Shown here piece by piece: positions 23,966-36,571 of a stretch of DNA of 64,000 nt. A program made the position numbers and the translations under genes. The stretch is from Xylographa opegraphella (lineage: Eukaryota). Numbering within the stretch: position 1 is the stretch's first letter; each line of letters opens with the position of its first letter. Where the stretch lies: the NCBI GenBank assembly GCA_022813865.1, contig JALDZX010000001.1, positions 620,001-684,000 on the forward strand, in the 5' to 3' direction. The notes beneath the pieces are model-generated. The model saw only the letters and a list, made by a program, of their open reading frames with translations, had not been told where the DNA came from and made no database searches.

Positions 23966-26900
23966 AGAGCGCTTGGCTTCTGTTTTGCTTCTTTGGGTGG
24001 CGTGGCAAGATGGGGTTGGAACGAAGTTCTTTGCGCTAAGATACCCTTCTGTTTTTCTGTCGGTGTTTGGGCTAGATGATGGGTATATAGTGCGATGTGT
24101 AGGATAGTAATTGACCGTGCAGGCTTGTACTATGTTGTAAGCTGGAACGAACGTTTTGGTGTGCCTTGGCAGCATTTCTCAGATTACTTTAGTTAAGAAA
24201 GGCTCGAATTCATATACGAGTTACAGAGGGCAAACGACCATAGTGAGCAACCACGTACCCCCCATCGTGCACTACCCACCACCCACAGCTGCACATGCCA
24301 CCTCTCCCACTCCCTCGCCACAGAGTTACCCCCCGTAGCTCCGCATCCCCTCCGCTCTCCCAACCTCCTTCAAAACACCAAACCATGTAGCGCGCAGGAC
24401 GTACCCACGAAACCGCAGGACGAGGTCCCAGCATGCACCCAAGCGGTGAGATATCGATATGCATGCACGTCGCTCAAGAAGCCGCTAGGAGCCATATCAA
24501 CCGGGTTTCGGGAGGGAGGGGGAGAGTGGAGAGGATGTTCTTTCCCGGGAGGCGGGTGGGCGCCTGGGATTGGAGGGGTGGCGAGGGATGGGGAGATGGT
24601 AAGAGACGAGGTACTGAGGTGGCGTAAGAGGTTGGGGGTATGGAGTCATGGGAGGAATTCTGGGCGATGTGGGACCCAGGCAGTCTCAAGAGGTCTGGTG
24701 GTGGTAGGGTGGGGGGTGGGTGGTGTAAGGTGGAGGTTATGATGGTTGCTGGCTAGGGTTGGACATGTAGGCTTGCATCCTATGGTTTTGAGCGAGTGCG
24801 CGCTATCGAGAGCAGCTAGGAGCGGTTTGCTGACCCGCACGAAGAGCAGGAGACGAAGATGGGAAGACTTTTGCGGCGGCCGCTGGGTGTCTCGGGAGGA
24901 GCGGTGGTTCGCGGAAGTGCGTGGTCGTGGTCCGGTGTCTCGGAAGTGTGTATCTTGTGTTTGCTTCGCGTTTGTCTGCAGTGTTCGAGACGGCGTAGCG
25001 CTGATGGTGATGTCTACCTAGCAAAGGACCTCGCTATGTGTATAGTGAACAGTGTTAGATGATTTGGGACAGGCAATCCGCTGAGGACGGAAACTTTAGT
25101 TCAGCGTTACCTATTCGCTGGACAAGTGCATGTATATTCGAGCTAGAGAAACGCTATGGCCCAGGATATTCATATTGCCAGCCAACTCTGTCAATCCGGG
25201 AGATGAACAAAAGTTCCAATTGGGTTGATGGCGCCACGACATAGACAATGCTGATTAGCGAACTGTTGGCTTTTGGCAGCAGACGTGATGAAGTTGAAGC
25301 TACAACCTTGGGAGGCCTAGGGATCTCCAAGGGACTATCAATAGCAACAAGATTATTGCCTTGATGTAGAGTAGCCGGATCATACAACTGACTCAGCGAG
25401 GTCTGAGCAGGCTCTCAAAGGCCATAGGCGCCTTGCGAGAATGTGCGATCCTGAGCCAGACGTCGCTGCTGGTGGCATAAATCAGAAGCCAGATAGATTG
25501 CCAGAGGAGCCACTCGAACATTAATCTCAGATTGTTCAAGAGAGCTGAGGGCAGTGATTCGGTATCATGGAGTTGATGTGGTAGCGCAAATTTGGCTATG
25601 TCAAAGGCGAGGCACGAGACGTCAAGATTATTGTGGATAAAGGGAATTCCGAATCCCTTGAACGGAGCAGGGGATGAGCAAAAAGACAGAGGGTAGAAAG
25701 CCACACAACGTGACAACGAAAAATCATCATGAAAGCATGCTCGGGACCGGCGGGAGTAGCTAAAGGAAGGGGGGCTTCACATCATCGAATTGCGCAACGT
25801 ACACTTGCTAGTCTTTTCTTTCCGCTGGGAATCGACCATCGACATGTGATCTTACGACAATATTGACTCCTAGTAGCAGTGTATAACAAAGTTGGCGAAA
25901 AGATGAGGGAACGCAACAGACCTCGGGGAATGGCCCATGCAATTGACCGACCATGAGCAGCTCAGCTCCTGACGGGCCGAGTGGGAAAACTCATACCCAC
26001 ACATGCGATAGTTCAGCCGGAGACGGAATGCAAGTCTACTCAGCGGTCGCACCACGTTGAGGAAATGACAACGCTCTAACTTTGCCAGAGTCGCAAGCTC
26101 TCTAACCGCGTGTTTGGCCTGAACTGAAACATGCTCTCTCACATCTGGCGGAGTCTCTCAAATCTCCCATCAAGGTGATTTACTGACATGAATATTAATA
26201 TTTAGAAGACATTGGATGCGAGAGAATTGGCGTGTTTTTGCGGTCGAAGAGCTTGATGAGAAAGGGATTGGTGTCGTATTGTTCGACGTAATTAGAATAT
26301 AGAACATGTGGATGACAGCCTGGTATTGCCGCCCGGAGTAAAGAGATCCATGGCTCAGGCTTGCTAGGTGCTTCAGCATGACAAGGCTGTTTGCGTATAA
26401 GTGTAGCAACGACAGCCCTTCAGGCGATGGTCTAAATCAATGGCAGACGATTCCTCGACATATGGAAACGTGGCACCTTAGGTGAGTAGCTGACCTTCTC
26501 CGGGACGGCAGCACAAGACACGCAGTCGATGCAGTATGTAATCCGTCCGCCCCCATTGGCGACAATTCCGCAGCGGTGAGCCTGTTTCATCAACGCAATA
26601 GCCTCCGAGCAATCCGCCAACCGCAGGAAGGATCTCCCGTTTATACTCGAGAGCGCATAAAAGCCGGTGCGGATCTGCGAATGCAAGTGAAAAGCGTGTA
26701 GGGTGCTGCCGTGGTACCTGTTGGCTGACACGTTGAAGTCACGACACGTTGAGCATCTGCAAACCTCTAGGTCCTACTCCACAGCTTGCATCTCAGACGC
26801 CTTAGCGTGAGTCTTGTCAGTCCAGAAGCATGACGGAGACTTCGGGAGTCGAGCCGTGGTTCGGAGGCGTTGCTGCGTCCTTCGCCTGTGTAGAAGACTT

Positions 26901-27861
26901 GTTGCTCTTTCAGGTAAGGTGATTGTGCTTCAGATCTGGTCAGGCTCGGCGCCCAGCTTCGTTTCTGTACTGCGTAAAGTTCGTTGATAGCTGCTGGTGC
27001 GATACGCCACCAGCGCTGTTACTGGTAAGCCTGCCGCTTGTCCAAGACCATATCGCTGTGCCTTGCAGCATGCAGCAACCCTCGTCCTTGTGCGTCGTCT
27101 TACCTTACAGGTGTGTCGGACCCCGCTTTGGAAAGGGCAGCAAATCAGTTGGGAGCTGATGCGTCAACCGCCAGGTCATCCAAAAACACCACACTCGTGA
27201 GACACGCCGGCTCCCTCGAGCCAGGGAGCAGCCGGAGTCACATCGCGGTTGAAGGTCGAGATTTGGCTTGTCGGTGCTGGACCAATGCGACGCGTGAGCG
27301 GGCCTCCACGTCAACGACTAAGATGGTAAACGCCCGAGCTTGATCGTGCGAAAGCCTCATTGATGGAACGACGAAAGTTAATAAGATAGGGTCGTTTGTG
27401 CGAAGAGATGACAAGTCGCTCGACTCCGCGTCCCGGCCCAATCGCGTCCTCCTTTAGGGCACTTTGTACCAATGCCTGCCGCCCAACTGCCTGCAAGGCG
27501 TGATGGCAAACGCCCCCCATCGACGGTACGAAATATGCTCAAACAGCGCTTGCTTCTGCCTCGAACTCCCCAAGGCCTCATCCCTGTTGCCCAAGCTGGA
27601 TTTCGGTCTCCCCAGAGTGCATGCTCCCGTATATTACGCCGAGACAACGTGTACAAATGCTAGGGGGAACCTGGACTAGAGGAAGCTGGAGGCAGATCAC
27701 TCTCATCCCATAAAGAATGTGCATTCCCCGTGCGGAGGCGTCAATAATAACCAACACGACTCTTACGGAATTCAGCCCCCACCTATATAATTGTCTCTGG
27801 CTTCCATGTTCGCTATCGAATAGCTGCTGTCCCTCCGGCAATTCGGGGCGGCCGACGAATC

Positions 27862-29426
27862 ATGTACTCGACCACTGAAGCCGAGTTCGAAGGCTTGCCC
27901 ATAGCAGTTAGAAGAAAGGTAAGGTACCACCCATCTCCAATCACACCGCAGCACACTTCTCCTGTCACCCACTCTAGCGTGCCAGAGCTAAAGAGGAAGC
28001 CCATTCCTATTCTCGTCTGTAATTGCTCAATTGCCTCCTGGACGTCTTTTTACCGCGGTCCTTGAGCAAGCAACATGATGGATACCATTGAACATTGACC
28101 CCACTTACGGGACTACAGTGCTGACCGCGAAACAAACAATAGTGCTTCTCCACCCTCGAGCGATTGAGGCTTGCACAGAACTCAATCAGCTGCACAGCGT
28201 CCTGCAACAGCACGGTCAGCAAGTCCGTCCCAACCAATCTCACAAGCCGGCTCCGGAGATCCAAGAGACCACACAACTCTGTCGACGTCTCACCAGAAGA
28301 CGCCCAGTGGTACCAGCGGCTACCAGACACTGTAAGGAGGAAGCAATTCACTGTCGAGGAGCAACTGGTGTTTGGAGGGAAAAGCGAGGCGGTTATTCTC
28401 GATGCGGCAGACGAGGCAGTATACAGACTAGGACGTCACATCAATCGAAGCGTGCCTTCACTGCAAACTTCCTCCTCCAGCAGGTCCTCCTCTTTCTCGA
28501 TCGATACCATCGACCTGGGCGAGTGTGTGGAGGACATGGACGACGCCATGATGGACAGCTTCCGGTGGATAGAGGAAGATAACGATCTGGATCTCACACT
28601 GGACTACCACAACCATATCGCCGAAGTTGCAGACACAAAGCCTTCTTCTAGGCGGCCATCGTTTCGAAGGAATCTTTCCCTCACCAGTCTACCATTCGTG
28701 CGCGACACTCGAGTATCAACGGATAAAGCACCATCGCTCTCGGGACGCTCTTTACGGCACTCCGCCACTATACCGCAAAATCGTCAACGTAATTCATCGG
28801 TGTCCCGGGCCTCTTGTCCGATCTTCGATCCGGGTGCCGCTCATTACAATGATCCTGAAGCTAGATTGAAGCTTCGTGTCTATCTCGCTTCTCCTCAGAA
28901 GTTCGATGAAGCAATTGAGTTTGGCTTCCCATCGCTTCACCGTCCTTCCGTGCCAAGCTCTCGACGGCCTTCTACGGCTGCGTATCATCACAAACCTACT
29001 ACGGCGAACAGTCAAACGTTCTACGACGATGACAATGCATCCCTTTACAGAGACCCTGAAGGCGGTGATACTGCCAGCCTGCCTGAACCTGAAAGTCCCG
29101 AAACGCCGCTGGATCCAGTCTTCCGCCCATCAGAACGTCCTTCGAATACAATACCAGCCTCGAGACAGCAGATTCGACCTCATATGTGGCATACCGCTTC
29201 TGATCCATATGTGCATAGTAGGCCTGGAGACCGGGAGATGACATTGCGGATGACATTAACAAGACCGGACCTTCGAGCTGACGAGAGTCTCCTATATCCC
29301 AAGGGAGACGACCCTCTAGCTTTGGAACATCTACCGATTACAGATACCAGTGACGTATGGACGAAGGCAGGCAAGGAGGGCGGGATGGTGAGAAAACTAT
29401 GGCGAAGGATCAGCCAGAAGAATTGA
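27862..29426 (+). CDS. Fungal Ser-rich hypothetical protein; exons 27862-27918 and 28143-29426
   Basis: Two similar motifs (LPIAVRRK|CFSTLE and LPDTVRRKQFTVEE) plus HYNDPEARLKLRVYLASPQKFDEAIEFGFP and REMTLRMTLTRPDLRA. GTAAGG..CTGAC..TAG intron. Confidence 0.85.
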
Positions 29427-30263
29427 GTACGTACACAGAGACGACAGTAATGCGAAAACCGGCAGCGTGAGGGCGATGGTCATCGAGGGCAAGTTTGGGC
29501 AATACTATTAGCGAGCTGGGCGATACCCTGATGGAGTTTGACGATTGAGATATGAGCTGGTGATGAACGCATGACTTGGCATTGTAAGACGACGTTGTAG
29601 GATACCAGCGAAGGCTTCATTCCCTACTCTCATCCATGGTCGAGAGCATGAGCAATTTCGGTGTTGTGGGCAAACGTCCTGCAAGGGTCAAGCCACAGAT
29701 AGCTAATTCAGTATTCCATTTGAGAACGGCTTTCAGCTTGAACTGCATTGCACCGTGTGCATGAACGATCACACTGCATGAACGCCACCTCTTCACAAGA
29801 TTAGGGAGTTGCGGGGCTGGTCGATCTGTAGATCGCCGGACACCCCTTTCAGTTTCTATTTTCTTCGTCATGGTCAAGGGTAGAAATTGAAACTGCTCCG
29901 TTGCTTTCATGCTTTCCGCCCGAGATCTCCGCTCAGATCGCTGGTCCGAGTTCGAGTCGTCCCAATGCAGATTAAAGTTGTTCCGGGCTAAAGTAGCGAG
30001 TTCCTAGCCGATACGCGATAAGAAACGGCCTCGTCCTCTATCTAGGACCTAATCGAGCCCTCGGAGAAACAGGCCCTGAGCGGATGCGCGTGCAGATGTC
30101 GAATGATTGCTTCTGCTTGCTTCACGATGGATTTTTCATTCTCATTGCGGGGCCATCCGTGGTACCAGCAGCTGATACTCCCTCCATTCCATTTGCCCAT
30201 CAAGTAGGGTAGTCATCAGCAATAGTCGACATCCTGGCTTCTGGAGCCGTTCTACCTCACAAT

Positions 30264-31566
30264 ATGAACTCGCATCAGCCCTCCAACTCCACCTCCGATT
30301 CCGAATTCTTCTCGCCTTACCGTCCTGATGGTAAGCTCTACGGCTTCATCTGCGTTGTAACCGGTGCCACCCTTCCGATCGGTCGAAGCATTGTCTTCGA
30401 GCTCGCCGCTCAGTAAGTGTTCCCTGATCCCCTCAATCCGATTCAGCAAGAGGTTGAATTGGTCAAGTCGATTTCCAATTATTTCACTACGCATTATTGA
30501 CTATCGTGACTGTGCTTTCTCCCCTACGTTGCTTCGTAGAAGCATTGCTGACTCCGATCTTTCACTCCAGCGGCGCCGCTTGCGTCTACGCCTGCTCCCC
30601 AACTCTCGACCCTTCGAATGGTCAGTCCGCCTCCATCAAGAACTTTGACTCCGCCTCCGCCGAGCTTGCCGCAGACGTAAACAAGGAGTATCCAAATACC
30701 AAAGTCATTGGGTACCCACTGGATATTGCCAATGAGCAAGAGACATTGGGTTTGATTGATGATGTGCTGAATGCTTGCGGAAGACTCGATGTGTGGGTAT
30801 GTGCGGCGGGGTGGCTGGGTCCCGCGAGCATCGACAAGACGGGGCCAAGGGAGCTGCAAAGAGGGTGGGAGGCGAATGGGCTGGCGCCCTTTTTCGCCTT
30901 GAGGTATGCTCCTGCCTCAATGGCGAAGCTATGCTCGAAAGGCAGCTATCCAAACGCGGCGCCAAAGGATGTGGCATATGGAAGCATAATAGTCGTTAGC
31001 AGTGTCGCCAGTACGTACGGGGGTGAGTATAGCATGAAATTCACTTGGATGACTTCACCAAAAAGTCCTGACATTGCGTGTTTAGGATGTTGGGGACCTG
31101 GCTTTACGATGAGCTCCCATGCTGCTCTCGGCGTCGTGCGAGCTGGTGTTGCAGTACTCAAAGGTAATTCGCAAACCACGACAGCCTGAACGATATTCTA
31201 GGACATTAATATATTGGCGAATCATAGGCTCAGGTGTACGAATTAACTGCATCTCGCCCGGCCAAATCGACATCGGCGTTGACCTTCAGGGGCTTGACCT
31301 GAAAGGCATGTCCCTGCCTCCCGCTGCTTCACAATCGCGAGAAGCTCAGAAAGAGCACATTGGACTCGAGCGAGCAGGCTTGCCCATCGAAGTTGCTCGC
31401 GTGGTAGGTTTCCTCGCAAGTGGGTTCAGCAGCTACATTACAGGAGCAAACCTGGTTGTCGATGGAGGTGCTTCGTAAGTGTTTTGACTGAGATCAGATA
31501 TCCGACGTGTGCATATACTAACGTCAAATTGGCAGTATCATGTCCCCGTTGATTGTACCGATATAG
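30264..31566 (+). CDS. Short-chain dehydrogenase/reductase, atypical active site; exons 30264-30412, 30571-31022, 31086-31163, 31228-31474, 31536-31566
   Basis: VVTGATLPIGRSIVFELA, GRLDVWVCAAG, GSIIVVSSVAS, GVRINCISPGQID and FLASGFSSYITGANLVVDGG. Confidence 0.9.
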
Positions 31567-31947
31567 ATTGAGTATCATTAATCATATGTACATAATGTAT
31601 CAAAGTACAATGCTATCAGGGGAAGTATCTCGATTATACATCCTCGACTATATGTACAGCCTGTTTTTTCACTTGGGAATGTATCCAGGCACTACTATTT
31701 CTATTAAAGGAACTCTCTTTCTTTATTCGCGTCATCCAAGATGCAGGTTTCACCTTATTGTCAAACCACCCGAACCGGTTCCGCTTTTGGCTTTTGTCCC
31801 AATACCAGAGAGTTGGTTTGCGCTTTGTCCGCTTCTCATTGCTACTTACAGTACATCACTTTCTGCTGCTATGATATTATATTCCGAATTGCGATAGATT
31901 TGTAGCTTCCTGCTCGTTCAATTGATAGGCTTTATATAGTCAAGATA

Positions 31948-32974
31948 ATGGCTTCACATCAGTTTGAGAAGCACCAGTCCAAAAGACGCGCAAAAATTGC
32001 CTACCCAGAACTTGCATATACCGAAGAGTCTATCGATGAAGAATCTACAGATAGCGGTCGATCCTCATCCAACTCAGCTGAGAATGATCGGTCTGTCAGA
32101 CGCAAGAGATCCGCCTATCCAGAGCCTATGTTCTATCAATGGACTTCAAAAACAAGGTCTGGATACGGTACCGATCCTGTTTCTTTGATCGGCGCGGGAG
32201 AGACGTTGGACGGGGAAAGCGAAGATACACCTAACTTTAAGGAATCAGACCCCAAGGGAGAGGGTCTACCTCGGACGATCGGAAGTCGCTCGCGGACTTG
32301 GAAATTGTCAGCAACGGGTAATCCTACGTCTAGTTTTTCAACCTCTGACTCCTCGCCATTCCCTGACGGAGAAAATGAAACAACGCAGGTTCATGATAGC
32401 GCGTGGGACCCGCTACGCTTGGTTTTGGGTCTCTGGCTGTTCTGGATCCTAGCAGTTCTGGCGGCACTATTCGTTGCCAACTTACCGCGGTGGTCATATT
32501 CTGGTTATAATGATTACACGTCGGATTACCATGATGTGTTACCTGCTGTTGTGGCCAAGGCGACCTCAAATTTCGCTTCTCGCCGACCGAGCACGTGGCA
32601 TGAAGCGGTCAACACATTCACGGGTATATTCGCTGGCCGCTTCGTGCTCAAATGGATGAAGATCGCGGCTCGGAATTCTGTCTCGAATCTGGCCTTGCAC
32701 TTCATGGATATAATCGAGGTAGCTATGGGAATCTTTGGTTATAAAATCGCTCGCACACAGATTACCGAGACGTTTTCAGAAGTTCTTGTGACTTTGACCT
32801 CGATGTGGGAGGAAACTACCGAGGGAATATCCGAATTTGCGAAAAAAACACGTCAGTCCCATGTGGCTTGCCAGCATTATTATTTATGCCACGGTCATCA
32901 CGGAAACCATCTACTACCATATCGGTTATCTTCGCCGGTATCTGGACCCATCCGGTAGACCTCAATTACTGTAG
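31948..32974 (+). CDS. Orphan membrane protein; probable 1-nt frameshift at the A7 run 32842-32848
   Basis: 336-codon ORF with TM segment LVLGLWLFWILAVLAALFVA. Removing one A gives a hydrophobic C-terminus (MWLASIIIYATVITETIYY) ending at TAG 32972-32974. Confidence 0.6.
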
Positions 32975-33467
32975 GGACAAGAGATCCGAACAGGCAAACG
33001 ACTGCAAAGATGCACGCTCGACCCAAGCAACATTATCAATACGCAGCACTGGAGACAATGAATCGAACTAACGGCAGGAATAGGAGGACTTTGCCTCACG
33101 ATTGGGGACGGCTTAGGCTGAGCGTTTCCTCAAGCTACGATACATTTCCTTAACATGGTAACGGCGCTGAAAACGGTCACGGTTTTGCAATTCAGCCAAT
33201 TGATACATTTTTCGCGTTGGGTAGCTGGTCACCGGAAGCGTCGAATATGAACCCGTTCTCCACACGTACTCTGCTTTTCCTTTGTCCGGCTATCTCATCT
33301 CGGAATCTCATTGTGGTTGTGAGAACTTATAATACTGGCTGTTGAGTAACTGCTTAGAGTGTCAAGTCTCCCGTTGTCTTCCCTGAGCTTCCCAGTACTC
33401 GAATAGTTATTTATCCACGTTGTCCTGAATTTGCTGCTTCTGTATCGATCCAGTCTTCGCCGTCATC

Positions 33468-35399
33468 ATGCCTATCCTACGATCGGTCGTTAAACGGAAG
33501 GCGGCTATCGACCAGCCTGTAGAGACTGCGCCAGCTTTGAAGAAGCAAAGGGGCAAACAGCTCGGGGGATCTCTTGTTGAGGGATCAGCCAAGCCGCTGG
33601 ATGTCAAGTTCGCCGAACCAGAGACCCTGCATAAACACGTGCTACCAAGGCGCTCTCTTACGAGCTCCAAGAGCGAGTCGGAGATCCATCCTGGTAGGAT
33701 TCGCAGCCCTGCCGCCTCTGCAACCCAAAGCCAGAAGTCCAGCATCCGCGCTCCCACCCCCACCTCAACTCCCACTCCTCCCCGTACCCGCACGCGCGAG
33801 CTCACGCCCCTGCCCACCCTAGGCACCGCGCTCAAGCAAAACTGGGACGCCAATGTCTCCGCTGGCGGGCACAGCTTTCCTCCCGAATGGGACGCCAAAG
33901 CCCACTACCACGACGGGCACGTCTTCTCCGACGGGACATTCGTCGAAGACGGCCAGCTGTGCAAGCCCCTCTCGGACGCGCGCAAGCCCAAGCAGCCCTT
34001 CCGCCCCATCGCGCGCCCGAAGAGCAACTTCGCTGCATACGAGGCCCTCTTCGACGGCGATGGGCCCTCCCGCCTCAAAGGCACGCGCGGCCCAGTCGTC
34101 AAAGATGACAGGGACCTCCTGCCCCAGGATCTCGAAGCGAAGCTGCGCGCCAGCTTGGGCACAGATTTGGGCATGGATTACACGGAGCCCTCTGCCACCC
34201 GCAATAAATCGTATCCGGCAGGCCGCAGACAGCGAGGTAGGCCTGGCAAACCTGCTACGGGCTGGGAAAGCGTAGTCGCGCGCACCGATAAGGCCTCTGC
34301 GGGCCTCGGCGACCAATATCCGAATACGCGGAACCAGTACAGAGACAGGCGGCGCAAAGTCCCGCAACGCGAGCAGAAGTTAGCCTCCAGTTTCAAGGGA
34401 CTTAAAGAGCAGCGGAGATCTCGTGCTGGCGCAGTCAGTAGCGGGAACCAGTCTGCATCTGCGCCAGGGCGCAGAAAGCGCGCAGACGCCATCGGTGAGA
34501 AAATGGATAACCCGCTCGCGAGCCTGCTCGCCGAGGCGGAGATACGGGTAGATCAGATGCGGACCGCGCAGGCCACGGCACGAGAGGGTGGGAAGGAGAA
34601 CCCGTTCGAGCGCGTGATGAGTTCGACGACGCCGAAGCGGACGAAGCAGTTCCCGGTCATGACGGCAGAACCGTGGGATGAGCAGAAGAGGAAGCGAGTG
34701 CTAGGGTATATGAGGCGGCAACTCCTGGGGTCGGCGTTGTCGGAGCTGGGCGCCGAGAAACGGGTGAATCGGAAGTATGCGGCGCTGGACGCGGAGTTGA
34801 AACGTGAGGAGGCGGAGGTGATGAAGCAGAACGACCTCGCGCAGCGGGCAAGGTGGCAGGAGAGGACGAGGGCGATGAGCGAGCAGCGGATCACGGAGAC
34901 GCTGGAGGAGCGTGAGCTTGAGAGACAATCGGTGCGGGAGGAGCTTGCGGCAAAAAATAGCGCCAGTCCGCAGCCGTCGGTCCGTCGGCGGGCGAAGATC
35001 GCGAAGGTCGTGGATGAGGTCGAGACTGAGGATGGGATGAGTTCTGAAGAGGAAGATACGGAGGATGATGACTCGGATGGGGAAGATGTGGGGGAGTATG
35101 GCGCGGAGGAGGAAGAGGAGGAGGACGACGACGAAGAGGAAGACGAAGAAGACGAGGAAGATGAGGGAGGTGAAGAGGAGGAGGAAGATGAGGAAGTGGG
35201 AGAGGAGGAGGAGGAACAGGGAGAAGAGCAGGTGGAGGACGAGGAGGAGGAGGATGTGGGGATGAAGATGGAGGGGGTGATGGAGGAAGAGGAGACCGAG
35301 TCCGAGACCGAGTCCGAGACCGAAGAATCAACCGAGGAAGATCCGCAAGACGATGATGACGAGTATGTGGAGGGCGAATCGGATGGGATGGACATGTGA
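33468..35399 (+). CDS. Orphan, probably nuclear protein (643 aa) with coiled coil and very acidic C-terminus
   Basis: Single long ORF; bipartite-NLS-like KRK..KKQR, an RGRP motif, and a terminal D/E-rich tract of about 130 aa. Confidence 0.8.
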   Translation: MPILRSVVKRKAAIDQPVETAPALKKQRGKQLGGSLVEGSAKPLDVKFAEPETLHKHVLPRRSLTSSKSESEIHPGRIRSPAASATQSQKSSIRAPTPTSTPTPPRTRTRELTPLPTLGTALKQNWDANVSAGGHSFPPEWDAKAHYHDGHVFSDGTFVEDGQLCKPLSDARKPKQPFRPIARPKSNFAAYEALFDGDGPSRLKGTRGPVVKDDRDLLPQDLEAKLRASLGTDLGMDYTEPSATRNKSYPAGRRQRGRPGKPATGWESVVARTDKASAGLGDQYPNTRNQYRDRRRKVPQREQKLASSFKGLKEQRRSRAGAVSSGNQSASAPGRRKRADAIGEKMDNPLASLLAEAEIRVDQMRTAQATAREGGKENPFERVMSSTTPKRTKQFPVMTAEPWDEQKRKRVLGYMRRQLLGSALSELGAEKRVNRKYAALDAELKREEAEVMKQNDLAQRARWQERTRAMSEQRITETLEERELERQSVREELAAKNSASPQPSVRRRAKIAKVVDEVETEDGMSSEEEDTEDDDSDGEDVGEYGAEEEEEEDDDEEEDEEDEEDEGGEEEEEDEEVGEEEEEQGEEQVEDEEEEDVGMKMEGVMEEEETESETESETEESTEEDPQDDDDEYVEGESDGMDM

Positions 35400-36268
35400 G
35401 CGGTCGGCCAAACCCCACCCCCTCCCCCCCCTTCCTTAAATCTCTGGAGCCTTCGCTTCTGAGGTTCGCGGAGTTGGGGCTGTGGTTTTCGGAATGGAAA
35501 TTGGTAGACAGAGACATGGCGTGTTTAGTAATGTGCTTTTTTGGCTGGGTTCAACTGTGCTGTGTTGTGCTATGGTTGTGTCTGGGTGTGAGAAGTGAGG
35601 AGTGGTTGGGGTGGGGAGGAAGTGGCGCAAGGAGAGTAGTGTGCGTGGTTGTTCAAGCTGTTGATCGGGAAGGGGGTATTATGCTTGAAATACAAGGAGA
35701 TCATTGTTTCTCTGTTTCTGTGAGGTGCAGATACGATATGGCAAATGCTTTCGAAACCTGGCGTCCGTGGCTAAGCGTTTCCGTAGGTGCGAATCTGATA
35801 CGCTGATCTGTTTGCTTGAGCAGAATGCATTGCCGAAGATAACAGCCTGAGATTTGAGTTTACATGATTAGAGTGAAGTTTTAGTATCGCGAATGAGCTT
35901 GAGTCGTGGAGCGGTTCTTGGGTGTATATAGGTTGTTATTTCAGGCGTGACTATCTATGCCTATGGCTTTACCGATTGACTCCCGAGATTGAGGGCTTGA
36001 GTCAACCACTAAGATCGTGAACTATGTAAGAGGGCATCCTCCCTCTTGTCTTCTTCTCTCTTTCCATTGCTTCCTCGTGATATACATCAGCTAGCATCTC
36101 CATCTCGAAGCACATTCTCCACATCCTCTCCAGAACAACTACGACAACTGGAAGAACCAACTCTCCCTCACGCTTCACCTGTTCAAGAGAGTGTCAACCA
36201 TCGTATCTATCTCGCAAGCCTAACCATCGAGAATCCAGCCACCGGAAAAGCAACGCACTTTGCCGACC

Positions 36269-36571
36269 ATGTGTCAACTCATCCACCACAAGCACACCTG
36301 CGGCCACAATCCCATCGAGAAACGCTTTTGCGAATTCATGAAGCAAACCTGCCCCATCTACGGGATCGATGAGGAGGCGCACGATCACGTCTGCAACGCC
36401 TGCAAAGGAGTGGCCCCTGTGCTATGCTGGCCGGAGAACGTCCTGCTGGAGCCGACGGAGAAGTCAGGGTCTTTAGATCCGTCCGACGCTCGTGGTTGCT
36501 CGGCTGCCGAATGGGATTATGGATTGGTTTTGTGGGGTTTGTATGTAGTGCTGAATTTATGGCTTACCTAG
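36269..36571 (+). CDS. Small Cys/His-rich protein (MC..CGH type, putative Zn-binding)
   Basis: ACCATG start context; MCQLIHHKHTCGH..C..C..HDHVCNAC spacing; preceded by a pyrimidine-rich leader. Confidence 0.65.
   Translation: MCQLIHHKHTCGHNPIEKRFCEFMKQTCPIYGIDEEAHDHVCNACKGVAPVLCWPENVLLEPTEKSGSLDPSDARGCSAAEWDYGLVLWGLYVVLNLWLT

Noticed and set aside
29595..29620. ATACCAGCGAAGG resembling the 3' end of a fungal TPP riboswitch (also CTGAGAA at about 56197)
   Set aside because: The TGATCTGG and CTGAGA halves do not co-occur, and neither site is next to a thiamine gene.
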